This document shows, piece by piece, positions 27,084 through 38,791 of a stretch of DNA of 64,000 nt. The notes below the pieces were generated by a model that worked only from the letters and a program-made list of their open reading frames with translations, made no database searches and had not been told where the DNA came from. How positions within the stretch are numbered: position 1 is the stretch's first letter; each line of letters begins with the position of its first letter. This DNA is from Azolla caroliniana (lineage: Eukaryota > Plantae > Polypodiophyta): NCBI GenBank assembly GCA_043228905.1, contig JBHGNT010000011.1, forward strand, positions 19,468,001-19,532,000, given 5' to 3'. The translations under genes and the position numbers were made by a program.

Positions 27084-30000
27084 ATGAGAAAGATGAAGAT
27101 CCAACAAACCCACAAGCATAGTCCCATTGCATTTGTTGAATTACTCAAGGCTTGCGCCATGAAGAAGGATCTTCATGAAGGTGCTCGTCTCCATGCACAC
27201 ATCCTGGAGCACCATGGCCTGCTCGAGAAGAGCCCCCGCATCGCCACCACTCTCATCAGCATGTATGCCAAATGTGGTGCGATCACGAAAGCCCGGCAGC
27301 TGTTTTGGGAACTTCCTGTTCGGGACGTTGTCTCTTGGAATGCCCTCATTGCTGGGTATGCCCAACAGGGGCAGCCTCATGAAGTTTTTATCCTTTTTGA
27401 AAGGATGCGAAAGGATAGATTGTCGCCAGATGGAGTCACCTTCACATGTGTTCTCAATGCGTGTAGCAGCATCGGAGCTCTTGATAAGGGCAAAGAAATT
27501 CATGATGAGATTGTCCATAGAGGCTTGTTGGAGAGAAATATTATGCTGGGCAATGCTTTGGTGGATATGTACGCAAAATGTGGTATGTTTGCAAAAGCAC
27601 GAAGCGTGCTTGAAGAACTCTGTATTCGCAATGTAGTCACGTGGAATGCGCTTATTGCAGGGTATGTCCAACATGGGCAAGGTCATGAAGCATTGCAAAG
27701 CTTTATACAGATGCAAAAGGAAGGCGTTGCCCCTGATGGAGTCACCTTCATTTGCATCCTGAAGTCTTGTGCTAGCACAAGGGATATCAATAAGGGCAGA
27801 AAAATTCATGATGAGATTATAACTAGGTGTTTGCTGGAGAAAAATGTTGTGCTTGGCAATGCTTTGGTGGATATGTATGCCAAATGTGGTCATCTGATGA
27901 AAGCAGCACAAGTTCTGGAAGAACTTCCTGTGCGAAATGTAGTTTCTTGGTCTACCCTAATCTCAGGGTATGTCCAAGCAGGGAGAGGTCATGAAGCTTT
28001 AAACTGTTTTGCACTGATGCAAAGAGAGGGCATCTCTCCGAATGCGGTAACATTCAGTTCCATTCTGAAGGCATGTGGTATTACAGGAGCTATTGACAAG
28101 GGCAAACAAATTCATGAAGAGGTGGTTAATAGGGGCTTATTGCTGAAAAGCGTCATGCTTGGCAATGCTTTGGTGGACATGTATGCTAAATGTGGTGATC
28201 TTTTTCAAGCAAAACAAGTGCTCGAAGAGCTTTCTCTTCGAGACATATTCTCTTGGTCTGCCTTAATTGCTGGATATGCTCAAGAAGGACAAGGACATGA
28301 AGCACTCAACTGTTTTGCAAGGATGCAAAAGGAGGGTCTCTCTCCTGATGGGGTCACTTTCATTTTACTTTTGAAGGCTTGTGCCAGCATAGGGGCTATT
28401 GACAAGGGTAGGCAAATTCATTATGAGATTTTGAATAGGGGATTACTAAATGATAGCATAGTGCTTGGCACCACCTTAGTGGATATGTATGCTAAATGTG
28501 GCATACTTGCAAAAGCACAAGAAGTTCTTGAAGCTCTTCCTGTTCGAAATGCAGTGTCCTGGTGTGCACTAATTGCAGGTTACACCCAGAAGGATCAACC
28601 TCATGAAGCACTCAACTGTTTTGAGAAGATGCAAAAGGAGGGTCTGTCCCCTGATGGAATTACCTTTATCTCTATCTTGAAGGCCTGTGGCAGCATAGGA
28701 GCTCTCGAAAAGGGTGAACAAATTCATGAGGAGATTGTCAAGAGGGGTTTGCTGGAGAAAAATATTGCTCTGGGAAATGTATTAGTAGATATGTATGCCA
28801 AGTGCGGTGCACTTGTAAAGGCTCAACAAGCGCTTGAAGATCTCCATGTTCGTGATATAGTTTCTTGGAATTCATTAATTGCAGGGTATGCCCAACATGG
28901 GCAAGGTAGTGAAGTACTAGACGCGTTTGAACAGTTACAACAGGAGGGTCTTTTTCCTGATTGTGTCACCTTTGCTTGCATCTTAAAAGCATGTGGTAAC
29001 ACAAAAGCTATTGATAAGGGCGCACAAATTTATGAGGCAATTGTGGGCAGGGGATTTCTGAAGTCAAATACTGTGCTTGGAACTGCAGTAGTGGATATGT
29101 ATGCCAAAGGTGGTGTGCTTACTAAAGCACGGAAAGTACTCGAAGAGCTTCCTATTCGAGACACAGGCTGTTGGTCTGCACTCATTGCAGGGTATGCCCA
29201 AGAGGGGCAGAGCCATGAAGCATTGAACTGTTTTGAACAAATGCTAAAGGAAGGCCTCTCTCCTAATGAGGCTACCTTAATTTCCATTTTGAAAGCTTGC
29301 AGTAGCATAGGAGCTAGTGGTAAGGGGAAACAAATCTATGATGAAATCGTTAGTAGGGGCTTGCTTGAAAACAATATCTTGCTTGGTAATGTTTTGGTGG
29401 ATATGTATGCCAAATGTGGTCTGTTTGCAAAAGCAAAAGAAGTGCTTGAAGGCCTTCCTGTCCGGAATGTGGTTTCATGGAATTCACTTATTGCAGCATA
29501 TGCTGAAAAGGAAGAAGGGCATGAGGCACTAAATTGCTTTTCTCGGATGCAAAGGGATGGCCTTCATCCAAATGATGTCACTTTCACTTGCTTGTTGAAG
29601 GCTTGTGGCAGTATTGGAGCTATTGACAAGGGCAAACGAATTCATGATGATGTTATCAGTGAGAACTTGCTAGAGAAAAATGTCATACTAGGCAATGCTT
29701 TGGTGGATATGTATGCCAAATGTGGAATGCTTGCAAAAGCACAAGAAGTGCTTGAAAATCTTTGTTTGCGAGACACCATTTCTTGGTCTACAATGATTGC
29801 AGGGTATGCTCAAGAGGGGTATTCTCATCAAGCACTGAGATGCTTTGAACAAATGCAAAGGGAGGGTCTCTGTGCAAATGAAATAACCTTTCTATCTTTG
29901 CTGAATGCATGCAATCATGCAGGGAAATTGGATGAGGCCCAAACATATTATGAGACTATGAGCAGAAAGTATGGGATTACGCCCTCATTAGAGCACCATG

Positions 30001-30353
30001 TTTGCATGGTGGTAGTTTTTGGATGTGCAGGATGTTTAGACAAAGCGATGTCAATCATTAAGACAATGCCGTATTCTAATGATCCATCAGTTTGGCTTGC
30101 ATTATTGAGTGCTTGTAGAAAATGGGAAAACGTCAAGCTTGGACGATTTGCATTCAGTAAAATAATAGAACTAGATAACAATCTTCCTGCAGCCTATGTC
30201 CTTATGGCTAATATATACATAGCTGCTGGCATGCAAGAGGATGCAGAGGAGGTTGAGAACATGAGAGTGAAGAATGCTGTTTGTACTAAGCCATGTAGAT
30301 CCTGTGTCAGGAGGTTAACTGCCAGTACAAGTGGATGTGAATGGCCCTGTTAA
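27084..30353 (+). CDS. PLS-class PPR protein 1 (9 S-P-L units, E1-E2, no intact DYW), 1089 aa
   Basis: MYAKCG motif recurs at exact 306-nt spacing (27261, 27567, 27873, 28179...); ends with L2-S2-E1-E2 (VWLALLSAC.., AAYVLMANIY). Confidence 0.95.
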   Translation: MRKMKIQQTHKHSPIAFVELLKACAMKKDLHEGARLHAHILEHHGLLEKSPRIATTLISMYAKCGAITKARQLFWELPVRDVVSWNALIAGYAQQGQPHEVFILFERMRKDRLSPDGVTFTCVLNACSSIGALDKGKEIHDEIVHRGLLERNIMLGNALVDMYAKCGMFAKARSVLEELCIRNVVTWNALIAGYVQHGQGHEALQSFIQMQKEGVAPDGVTFICILKSCASTRDINKGRKIHDEIITRCLLEKNVVLGNALVDMYAKCGHLMKAAQVLEELPVRNVVSWSTLISGYVQAGRGHEALNCFALMQREGISPNAVTFSSILKACGITGAIDKGKQIHEEVVNRGLLLKSVMLGNALVDMYAKCGDLFQAKQVLEELSLRDIFSWSALIAGYAQEGQGHEALNCFARMQKEGLSPDGVTFILLLKACASIGAIDKGRQIHYEILNRGLLNDSIVLGTTLVDMYAKCGILAKAQEVLEALPVRNAVSWCALIAGYTQKDQPHEALNCFEKMQKEGLSPDGITFISILKACGSIGALEKGEQIHEEIVKRGLLEKNIALGNVLVDMYAKCGALVKAQQALEDLHVRDIVSWNSLIAGYAQHGQGSEVLDAFEQLQQEGLFPDCVTFACILKACGNTKAIDKGAQIYEAIVGRGFLKSNTVLGTAVVDMYAKGGVLTKARKVLEELPIRDTGCWSALIAGYAQEGQSHEALNCFEQMLKEGLSPNEATLISILKACSSIGASGKGKQIYDEIVSRGLLENNILLGNVLVDMYAKCGLFAKAKEVLEGLPVRNVVSWNSLIAAYAEKEEGHEALNCFSRMQRDGLHPNDVTFTCLLKACGSIGAIDKGKRIHDDVISENLLEKNVILGNALVDMYAKCGMLAKAQEVLENLCLRDTISWSTMIAGYAQEGYSHQALRCFEQMQREGLCANEITFLSLLNACNHAGKLDEAQTYYETMSRKYGITPSLEHHVCMVVVFGCAGCLDKAMSIIKTMPYSNDPSVWLALLSACRKWENVKLGRFAFSKIIELDNNLPAAYVLMANIYIAAGMQEDAEEVENMRVKNAVCTKPCRSCVRRLTASTSGCEWPC

Positions 30354-31727
30354 GAAAACGAAACATGCTTCATAGATCAGTTGTATCCATTGCCAAATGA
30401 CATTGTCTTGTTGGGAGAGGTGAATGATGTAAACTATGCTGCAAGATCATTATCAGAGATGTATATTGTATCATAATATTTGTATATTGGGAATGGGAAT
30501 GTTCGTACAGGGTCTGCTATCCCCCAAAATGGACTACCCCAGGGTAAAGCTGCTGGCAGATGTTCTTCAGTAATGACCTGTCCAAGAACCATGAGTTCCT
30601 ATTGGACACATTCCAATCTGTGGTATATGCATTAGAATTGGTATTGGGAAGATTAGATTATCAACCCGCTTAGGATATGCATTCCTATCAAATTTTCCAT
30701 ATGGATTGATGTGGTTGAAATGGAGATTAGAGGTTGTAGATCAAGAATTATTTGTATTTATTTGGTTGCAGCATTAGTCCTTTCATAATTGAGTGAACCT
30801 TCTTGGTCCTTGAATGTATATAACCAACAATACAAGATAACCTTTGTTCTTTGCCCTGGGGATGTTTATGGGGCACTGTTACTTATTTTGAGTTGATGAA
30901 TAGTGCAATACATAATTGCATGTGGTGAAGGAGAAATACTCGCTAATAAAAATAACTCAGTCAGAATGATATTTTTTTTATAGAAATGACATATCAGAAG
31001 ATAATGCAGTATGCTGTTGATATTGAAAAAGTCCTGCATGGAATTCATGGTAACTACCAAAAGTGTTAATAATCTTTGCTAAGAAGATGAATGTACATTA
31101 CTGTCTAAGTCGAATAAAATGGGCAGCACTTTGTATACCACCATACAATCTAATATGCATGTGTAATTGTACATTGCTCATTGGAAAGGAAAAAACATTA
31201 AATGAAGCAATGCATGATACTGTGCAATAAGATTTTACAGCAGAAACAGTAGAACATTGAGTTTGGAGGAAAATCGGCAAAATTCAATGAAATGAGCCAT
31301 TTTGTATATCAAGAAAAAATAAAAAAATAAAGGGGCATGAATTATTGTCATAGTCTTGACAATTTCAATGACAAAATGGGATGTTGATTTTGATCTTTGA
31401 TTCATCACCAAGACTGAAAAGTAGGGAGCGGGCAAGTGTGGCACTATGATCTCATGATATTCATAGAAAACAATGCCCTCGTGTAAATTTGTTAGTTAGA
31501 GTAGTTGCATCTCTAACTCTGAAGTAAACCACCCACATTCTGGTTCCTGGTTTCATCCCCTGCAGGTATTCTGGCTTTGACCTGGTGAAACAGGAATAGT
31601 TTATTGTCATTGCTTTTCCATCCTCTGATGATCATGCATGCCAATAACTGCATAAATATGTGGTACAAGGTAATAAGTTGCAGCATTGTACTCATATTCA
31701 CCTAAACTAATCTCATAAACTTCAGAA

Positions 31728-32149
31728 ATACAAAATCTTTTGGAGCATCAAAATTTCACTGTACACATTTTTAAGAGCTGGAGAAAAATAGTTACTCTCT
31801 CATAGCTTCAACCTTCGGGGTGTAAACAAATATCGACTTTCATGATTTAAACCTTCTCACCCTCGTACATGCCAGCAGCTGCATAAATGATAATGGTACA
31901 CTTTTAAGAGTTGGACAAATAATTACCCTCTCCTTTGACTCTTGTAACTTCAATCTTCTGCTCGTCCTCATACATGCCCAAGACTGCATAAATGTTAGCC
32001 ATTAGAACATGGGCTGGAGCAAGATTATTATCTAATTGAATCACTTTATCAAAAGCTAATCACGCAATCTCCACCTTTCTCCATTTCTTACAAGAAACCA
32101 AGAGTGCAAGCCATACAAAATCTTTTGGCAACTATACACTCTCAAAGCT
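31728..32149 (-). pseudogene. Duplicated, degenerate copies of the E1/E2-coding 3' end of PPR gene 2
   Basis: 31937-32117 repeats 32177-32357 (240-bp offset); 31795-31890 is a further partial copy of 32137-32234. Confidence 0.85.
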
Positions 32150-34123
32150 TCAACCTTCTGAAAGTAAACAATTGTTGATTCTCATAACTTCAACCTTCTG
32201 TTCATCCTCATACATGCCAGCCGCTGCATAAATGTTAGCCATAAGAACATAGGCTGGAGCAAGATGATTATCTAATTGAATTGCTTTATCAAAAGCTAAT
32301 CTCGCAAGCTCCACCTTTCTCCATTTCTTACAAGAAACCAAGAGTGCAAGCCATACAGAAGAATCATCAAGATATGGCATTGTTTTGATCACCGACAACG
32401 CCTTACCAAAGCAACCTGCAAATCCAGAAATCACCACCATGCAAGTATGGTGCTCTATCTTCGGTATTACCCCGTATTTTCCACTCATATTCTCATAATA
32501 GGTTTGGGCCTCATCCAATTTCCCCGAATGACCACACGCATTCACAACACACAACAAGGTGATGTCATCTGGGCAGATGCCCTCCGTTTCCATTTGTGCA
32601 ATACAACACAATGCTTTACATCCTTGTCCTTGTTGTGCATACCCTCCGAGCAGTGCATTCCAAGAGACAACATCTCGAATAGGAAGCTCTTCAAGCACTT
32701 GGTGTGCTTTTGTAAGCAAGCCACATTTGGCATACATATCCACAAGAGAGGTGCCAAGCACAACATTGTTTTCCAGAAAGTGCCCCTCAAGTATCTCTTC
32801 GTGTAGTTTTTGGCCCTTTTCAATAGCTCCAATACTTGCACATGCCTTTACAATACAATTGAAGGTGATCTCATTTGGAGATAGTCTCTCCATTTGCATC
32901 CGTGCAAAACAATGGAGTGTCTCATGGTCACGTCCCCTTTGAGCATATCCTGAAATTAACGAATTCCATGTGACTATATCTCGTGTTGGAAGTCTTTCCA
33001 GCACTTGCTGAGCTTCTGCAAGTGCACCAAATTTTGCATACATATCCACCAATGTAGTGCCAAGCACAATGTCTTTCATGAGCAATCCCTTACTCACTAT
33101 CTCACTATGAATTTTGATACCCTTCGTAATATCTCCTATTTTTGTGCATGCCTTCAGAATGCAAATGAAGGTTACAATACTTGGCGAGATACCCTCCCTT
33201 TGCATCTGTTGAAAACAGTTAATGGCCTCATTACCATGTCCTTCTTGAGCATATCCACCAATAAGTGCATTCCAACAAACTACATTTCGTAAAGGAAGTT
33301 CTTCCAGCACATCCTGTGCTTTCACAAGCATACCACATCTTGCATACATATCCACCAAAGCAGTGCCAAGCATAACATTTTCCTCTAGAAAAAACCTATT
33401 AATGATCTCTTCATGAATTTGTTTGCCCTTTTCAATAGCTCGTATGCTGCCACAAGCCTTCAGAATGCAAATGAAGGTGACATCATTGGGCAAGAGGCCC
33501 TCTCTTTGCATTTGTTCAAAACAGCTGAGTGCTTCATGACCTTTGCCTTCATGAACATATCCTGATATCAGTGCTGTCCACGAGATGACATCTCGAACAG
33601 GAAGTTCCTCAAGCACTTGTCGAGCTTTTGTAAGAACACCACATTTGGCATACATGTCCACTAAAGCATTGCCAAGCACAATATTTTTGTCAAGCAAGCC
33701 CCTATTAATGATCTCATCATGAATTTGTTTGCCCCTATCAATGGCCCTTATGCTACCACAAGCCTTCAAAATGCAAGTGAAAGTAACCCCAACTGGAGAG
33801 AGGCCCTCCCTCTGCATTCTATCAAAACAATCTAGTGTTTCATTAGCATACCCCAGTTGGGCATACCCTGTGATGAGAGCATTCCAAGAGATGACATCTC
33901 GAACTGGGAGGGTTTCAAGGACTCTACGAGCTTTTGCAACAGCACCACACTTGGCATACATGCTAATCAAAGCACTGCCCACATATGAGCTGCTCTTTCC
34001 CAGAAGAAACCGATGCTTGAGAATTTCCGCATGAAGTGCAGAACCTTGTTGCAGATCCTTCTTCTTGGCGCAGTCCTTCAGTAAACCCACGAAATCGAAA
34101 TCATTCTTGTTTATAATAGCCAT
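32150..34123 (-). CDS. PLS-class PPR protein 2 (5 units, E1-E2), 657 aa
   Basis: Open ORF, five MYA(K/R)(C/F)G repeats, E motifs. Confidence 0.95.
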   Translation of the reverse strand: MAIINKNDFDFVGLLKDCAKKKDLQQGSALHAEILKHRFLLGKSSSYVGSALISMYAKCGAVAKARRVLETLPVRDVISWNALITGYAQLGYANETLDCFDRMQREGLSPVGVTFTCILKACGSIRAIDRGKQIHDEIINRGLLDKNIVLGNALVDMYAKCGVLTKARQVLEELPVRDVISWTALISGYVHEGKGHEALSCFEQMQREGLLPNDVTFICILKACGSIRAIEKGKQIHEEIINRFFLEENVMLGTALVDMYARCGMLVKAQDVLEELPLRNVVCWNALIGGYAQEGHGNEAINCFQQMQREGISPSIVTFICILKACTKIGDITKGIKIHSEIVSKGLLMKDIVLGTTLVDMYAKFGALAEAQQVLERLPTRDIVTWNSLISGYAQRGRDHETLHCFARMQMERLSPNEITFNCIVKACASIGAIEKGQKLHEEILEGHFLENNVVLGTSLVDMYAKCGLLTKAHQVLEELPIRDVVSWNALLGGYAQQGQGCKALCCIAQMETEGICPDDITLLCVVNACGHSGKLDEAQTYYENMSGKYGVIPKIEHHTCMVVISGFAGCFGKALSVIKTMPYLDDSSVWLALLVSCKKWRKVELARLAFDKAIQLDNHLAPAYVLMANIYAAAGMYEDEQKVEVMRINNCLLSEG

Positions 34124-35024
34124 ATAACAGGCACAGGAAGTTCTGCTCAGAACTCAGGGAATGATGCATCTCTTGATCTCTCAAGAGATGCATTGAAAGC
34201 CTTCATTTCATTTCACGTATCAATATGTCATAGCACGAAGTTTTGCAGGCATCATTATAGCTCCTCGTGATGGCAGGCCTTCCGGCTCCTTGGTATGCAC
34301 CTCGGTTACAAGCAATTGATGTAGAGCTGTCTATGCTCTCTCCAGCACCAACATTTGGTTCTTTTTTTGTTGTGCTGGATATGCAATCCAGGTGCTCCAA
34401 TTTCGCTTGGATGAACTTTTGGCTACAGTCTCGTTAGAGCATTTTTATTTGATCAGTCATAGATTCACAGCAAAGTTGATATGTGGGTCGTGTTCACCCA
34501 CCACGGATGCATTACTATTGAAAGTCTCGAATCATTGAAACGGGACGACAGATGAGATGTTACCTCTGTAGAAGTTGAGGAATAGTTGATGTGGGTCGAC
34601 CAAACGAGATGATATCTTTATAGAAGGAGGCGAGGCACTCGGTCCCATAACCTCTTATTCGAACCAATATTTGAAAATGATCATCGACACAGGATAATGA
34701 AACACTTATTAATCAACTTGGAGGTAGTTGAGAGAGAGAGATTATAGTCGGATTCCTCTAAACACACCTTAGAGTGTTTACCTCGCCATAAGGTTCTCAC
34801 TATTGTAGTAGAGATAACAAAAGGTTTTTCTGACTCATCATGTTATTTACACAACTTCTATGAAGAGAGAGACAGAGAGATTTGTATGTTGGTGGGTGGG
34901 CTCCTGATTGCTGTTGCCCTCTGAAGCCCCAACATTTCAAATGGCTCCTGCTTCTACTATGCAACAAGACAGTAGAGTTGTCACAATTGGATTTTATCTT
35001 GCCTAGTATGATGGGAATAGTTTC

Positions 35025-35138
35025 GATTATAAGGTTTGGCATTCTATTGCCAAGGAAATCATACATCCACTTGCATTTTTGGATTATAAGGTTTGGCATT
35101 CTATTGCCAAGGAAATCATACATCCACTTGCATTTTTG
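35025..35138. repeat. 57-bp perfect tandem duplication
   Basis: gattataaggtttggcattctattgccaaggaaatcatacatccacttgcatttttg at 35025 and 35082. Confidence 0.95.
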
Positions 35139-36299
35139 GCAACCCAAACTATGAAACCACTTTTCATGGTTGTCTTCAGGTTTCTATGTTTTTGGCATAA
35201 TTAGACTATCTGGAATGCATTCATAATTCCCATTCTAGAGCGCACAACCATATCAACCGTTTGAGCGCACAGTTCAGTACCATAGCGCAAACAGGCCTTA
35301 TTACCTAGGATGGTTTGGTTCCTTGGCATGCAGCCGTCTCTTTAACTTATTTGATAGACATGTTTTGTGATTTTTATACAATTATCCATGATGAAAATTA
35401 AATAAAATGAGAGAGAGATTTACACAAGATGTAGAACTCTTCATTACTAGTTCATGATGTAGCCATGAATAGATTATGCATTACACATGGACTATATTTG
35501 CACAGTACTAATCAAGGAATATCAATTAGATTAGTAAATAAACAATGGTGTTAAGGTGCTTGCTTGTTTGCTACAAGACAAGGACATATTTCTAACACGT
35601 GCCTGCACAATACCTGATCCATATTCTCATAGAGTAAGCTGGTAATAGTCCTGTTTAATTAGTGCCTGTTACAACTCACTCTCAAGATTGTGTGGATGGG
35701 TCTTACACCGTTGGCCTCAAGACACCACTCTTCTCCATGTGTGAGACGCTTGTACTAGCAGAATCATTTTCCGTGTGACAACTCCTAGAGACAACTCCTA
35801 GAGACACCACAATGTCTCATTACCACAATCACCATTTAATCAAATCTAGTCGGCTACCAGCTTTAGGAGTTCTTGTAACGAAAAACACTCAAGACTTTTG
35901 ATCTCTTACTTATAAAACTTATGACGTAATGTGCTAAAAATATTGGTCAAAGAAATGTACACTAAAAACTAAATCTTTCATGAGTAGATTCAAGACAACG
36001 GGAAGATCACTCGGAACTCATCCTTTATCAATGAACCCATGGAAACATTGTTAAAACCATTTTTTGCCACAACGGGTACTAGGATCCAGAGTAGCATGGC
36101 CTGTGTTCCAATATAAAAATCCAGAAACTGCAGTGCGACCAGCTACTGCATCAATAACTCTCATGAACATTATGAATATCACCTTGCAACCTGTGGTCTT
36201 CTATATTGTGCCGAATTGTGTAAATAACGGATGTTACTTACAAACATCAGTCGTTTTGGATCTATCACAAACTGAGGTTCTCAAATATTTCATAGAAAT

Positions 36300-36514
36300 T
36301 GTATGTCATTTACACCACCATGTACATTCCCACCATGCGTGCTCATGAATGCAAGGCACATGCAATGGGCGAAATCTCTCATCATCATCTCACGCACTTT
36401 ATGATACCAATATATCCACATTTGGAAAGCATCTTTCCTCTGAAATGTTAATATCACAGTCGTTTATCTTTGCAGGAATTGACTCTGGTACAGGAGCCCT
36501 CATGTTCAATGCTA
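36300..36514 (-). pseudogene. Decayed DYW-domain remnant behind PPR gene 3
   Basis: Minus strand reads KMLSKCGYI...***EISPIACAL (IACAL at ~36351-36366), matching KM...GY.P and LAIACAL blocks of DYW domains. Confidence 0.5.
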
Positions 36515-38791
36515 TCATCTTCCTAAGCCATTCTTCACCCTCATGTTCTCAACCTTTTCTGCATCCTCTTGCATTCCAGCAGCTGCATAGATATTGGCCA
36601 TAATGACATATGCTGATGCAATATCATTACCCACCTGTATTACATGATCAAAAGACAGTCTCCCAAGTTTTACATAACCCCATTTTCCACAAGCACCCAA
36701 TAGTGCAAGCCAAAGTGATGGGTCATCCAAATACGACACTGATTTAATCACTGCAGTTGCCTTATCGAAACACCCAGCCTGTCCAAAAGAAATCACCATG
36801 CATGTATGATGCTCTATCTGTGGTGCTATTCCATATTTTCTGCTCATGTTCGCATAATATGTTTCTGCATCATCCAACCTCCCAGAATGACTACATGCAT
36901 TTAGTATACATAAGAAGGTAACATCATTTGGAGAGATGCCCTCTCTTTGCATTTGTTCAAAACAGTTGAGAGCTTCATGATGATAACCTTTTTCAGCATA
37001 CCCTGCAATCAGTGCAGACCAAGAGACTGTGTCTCGAACAGGAAGCTCTTCGAGCACTTCTTGTGCTTCTCCAAGCATACCACATTTCACATACATATCC
37101 ACCAAAGCATTGCCAAGCGTGATATTTTTCTCCAGAAAACACCGACTCACAATCTCTTCATGAATTTGTTTACCCTTACAAATAGCTCCTATTCTGCCAC
37201 AAGCCTTCACAATAAGAGTGAATGTAACCCCATCTGGGGAGAGCCCTTCCCTTTGCATCTGCGCAAAACAGTTGAGTGCTTCATGTCCTTGGCCCTCTTC
37301 AGCATACCCTGCAATTAGTGCGTTCCAAGAGATCGTGTCCCTTACATGAAGGTCTTCAAGAATTTTCTTTGCATTTACAAGCATACCACACTTGGCATAC
37401 ATATCCACCAGAGAGGTCTCGAGCAGAATATTTTTACCCAGCAAATCTTTGTTAACAATTTCATAGTGGAATTGTTTACCCTTGTTGATAGCTATTGACG
37501 TGCCACAGGCTTTTAAGATGGCAATATAAGTGACCCCATCTGGGGAGATGCCTTCCCTTTGCATCCGTTCCAAGCATTTTAATGCATCATAACCCCTGCT
37601 TTCTTCAACATACCCTGCAATGAGTGTATTCCAGGAGATTATGTTTCGTCCTGGATGGTCATCGAGTATCTCATGTGCTTTTTCTAGTCCACCACATTTT
37701 GCATACATGTCAATCAAAGCATTTCCAAGAACAATATTCTTCTTCAACAAACCCCTTCTGATGATCTCACTGTGAATCTCTTCACCCTCGCTAAGAGATC
37801 CTATGTTGCCACATGCCTTGAGAATACAAGTGAAGGTGATCTCACTTGGAGTGAGACCCTCTCTTTGCATCAGTGTAAAACAGCTGAATGCTTCATGGCC
37901 TCGATAGCTCTCTTGAGCATACCCTGCAATCATAGAGTTCCAAGAGACTGCATTCCGAACAGGAAGCTCTTCGAGCAAGTGCCAAGCCTTTGTGATTGCA
38001 CCACATTTTACATACATATCAACCAAAGTATTGCCAAGCACAACATTTTCCTTCAACAATCCCCTCTTTATAATCTCTTCATGAATTTTTTTGCCCTTGT
38101 TGAGTGATTTTATGCTCCCACAAGACTTCAAAATACCAGTGAAAGTGACCTCATCTGGATAGAGGCCCTCCCTCTGCATCTCTTCAAAACATCGGAGTGC
38201 TTCATGGCCTCGCCCTTTCTGAGCATATGCAGCAATGAGAATGGACCAAGTGACTACATTCCGAGAAGGAAGCTCCTTAAGCACTTGTTGTGCTTTTGCA
38301 AGCATGCCACATTTAGCATACATATCCACCAGAGCATTCCCAAGAACAATATTTGTTTCCAACAAGCCTCTATGGACAATCTCTTCATGAATGAGTTTGC
38401 CCTTGTCAAGCGCTCTTGTGATGGAACAAGCCTTGAGGATGCAAGTAAAGGTGAAGTCATCCGGAGAGAGGCCATCTAGTTGCATCCTATGAAAACTGTC
38501 CAGTGCTTCATGACCTTGACCTTCCCAGGCATACCCTGCAATGAGAGCATTCCATAAGACGACATTCCGAACGTGAAGGTTTTCAAGGACTTTCCGAGCT
38601 TCCCTAAGCGCTCCACATTTGGCATACGTTTGTATCAATGTGGTAGATGTACAAGGTTTTGTGTCCAAAAACCCAAGTTCCAGGAAGTGAGCATGTAGCG
38701 TGAACACTCCACTGAGGTTTTCCTTGTGGCCACAACTCTTGAGTAAGTCTGTAAATGTAAAATCCTTCTTGTAACATTCTCTTCTTCTCAT
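36515..38791 (-). CDS. PLS-class PPR protein 3 (6 units, E1-E2), 758 aa
   Basis: Open ORF with six S-P-L units and E motifs. Confidence 0.95.
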   Translation of the reverse strand: MRRRECYKKDFTFTDLLKSCGHKENLSGVFTLHAHFLELGFLDTKPCTSTTLIQTYAKCGALREARKVLENLHVRNVVLWNALIAGYAWEGQGHEALDSFHRMQLDGLSPDDFTFTCILKACSITRALDKGKLIHEEIVHRGLLETNIVLGNALVDMYAKCGMLAKAQQVLKELPSRNVVTWSILIAAYAQKGRGHEALRCFEEMQREGLYPDEVTFTGILKSCGSIKSLNKGKKIHEEIIKRGLLKENVVLGNTLVDMYVKCGAITKAWHLLEELPVRNAVSWNSMIAGYAQESYRGHEAFSCFTLMQREGLTPSEITFTCILKACGNIGSLSEGEEIHSEIIRRGLLKKNIVLGNALIDMYAKCGGLEKAHEILDDHPGRNIISWNTLIAGYVEESRGYDALKCLERMQREGISPDGVTYIAILKACGTSIAINKGKQFHYEIVNKDLLGKNILLETSLVDMYAKCGMLVNAKKILEDLHVRDTISWNALIAGYAEEGQGHEALNCFAQMQREGLSPDGVTFTLIVKACGRIGAICKGKQIHEEIVSRCFLEKNITLGNALVDMYVKCGMLGEAQEVLEELPVRDTVSWSALIAGYAEKGYHHEALNCFEQMQREGISPNDVTFLCILNACSHSGRLDDAETYYANMSRKYGIAPQIEHHTCMVISFGQAGCFDKATAVIKSVSYLDDPSLWLALLGACGKWGYVKLGRLSFDHVIQVGNDIASAYVIMANIYAAAGMQEDAEKVENMRVKNGLGR

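Noticed and set aside
35667-35880. Possible solo LTR (TGTTACAA...TTGTAACG)
   Set aside because: Imperfect end, no TSD and no second copy in the window.
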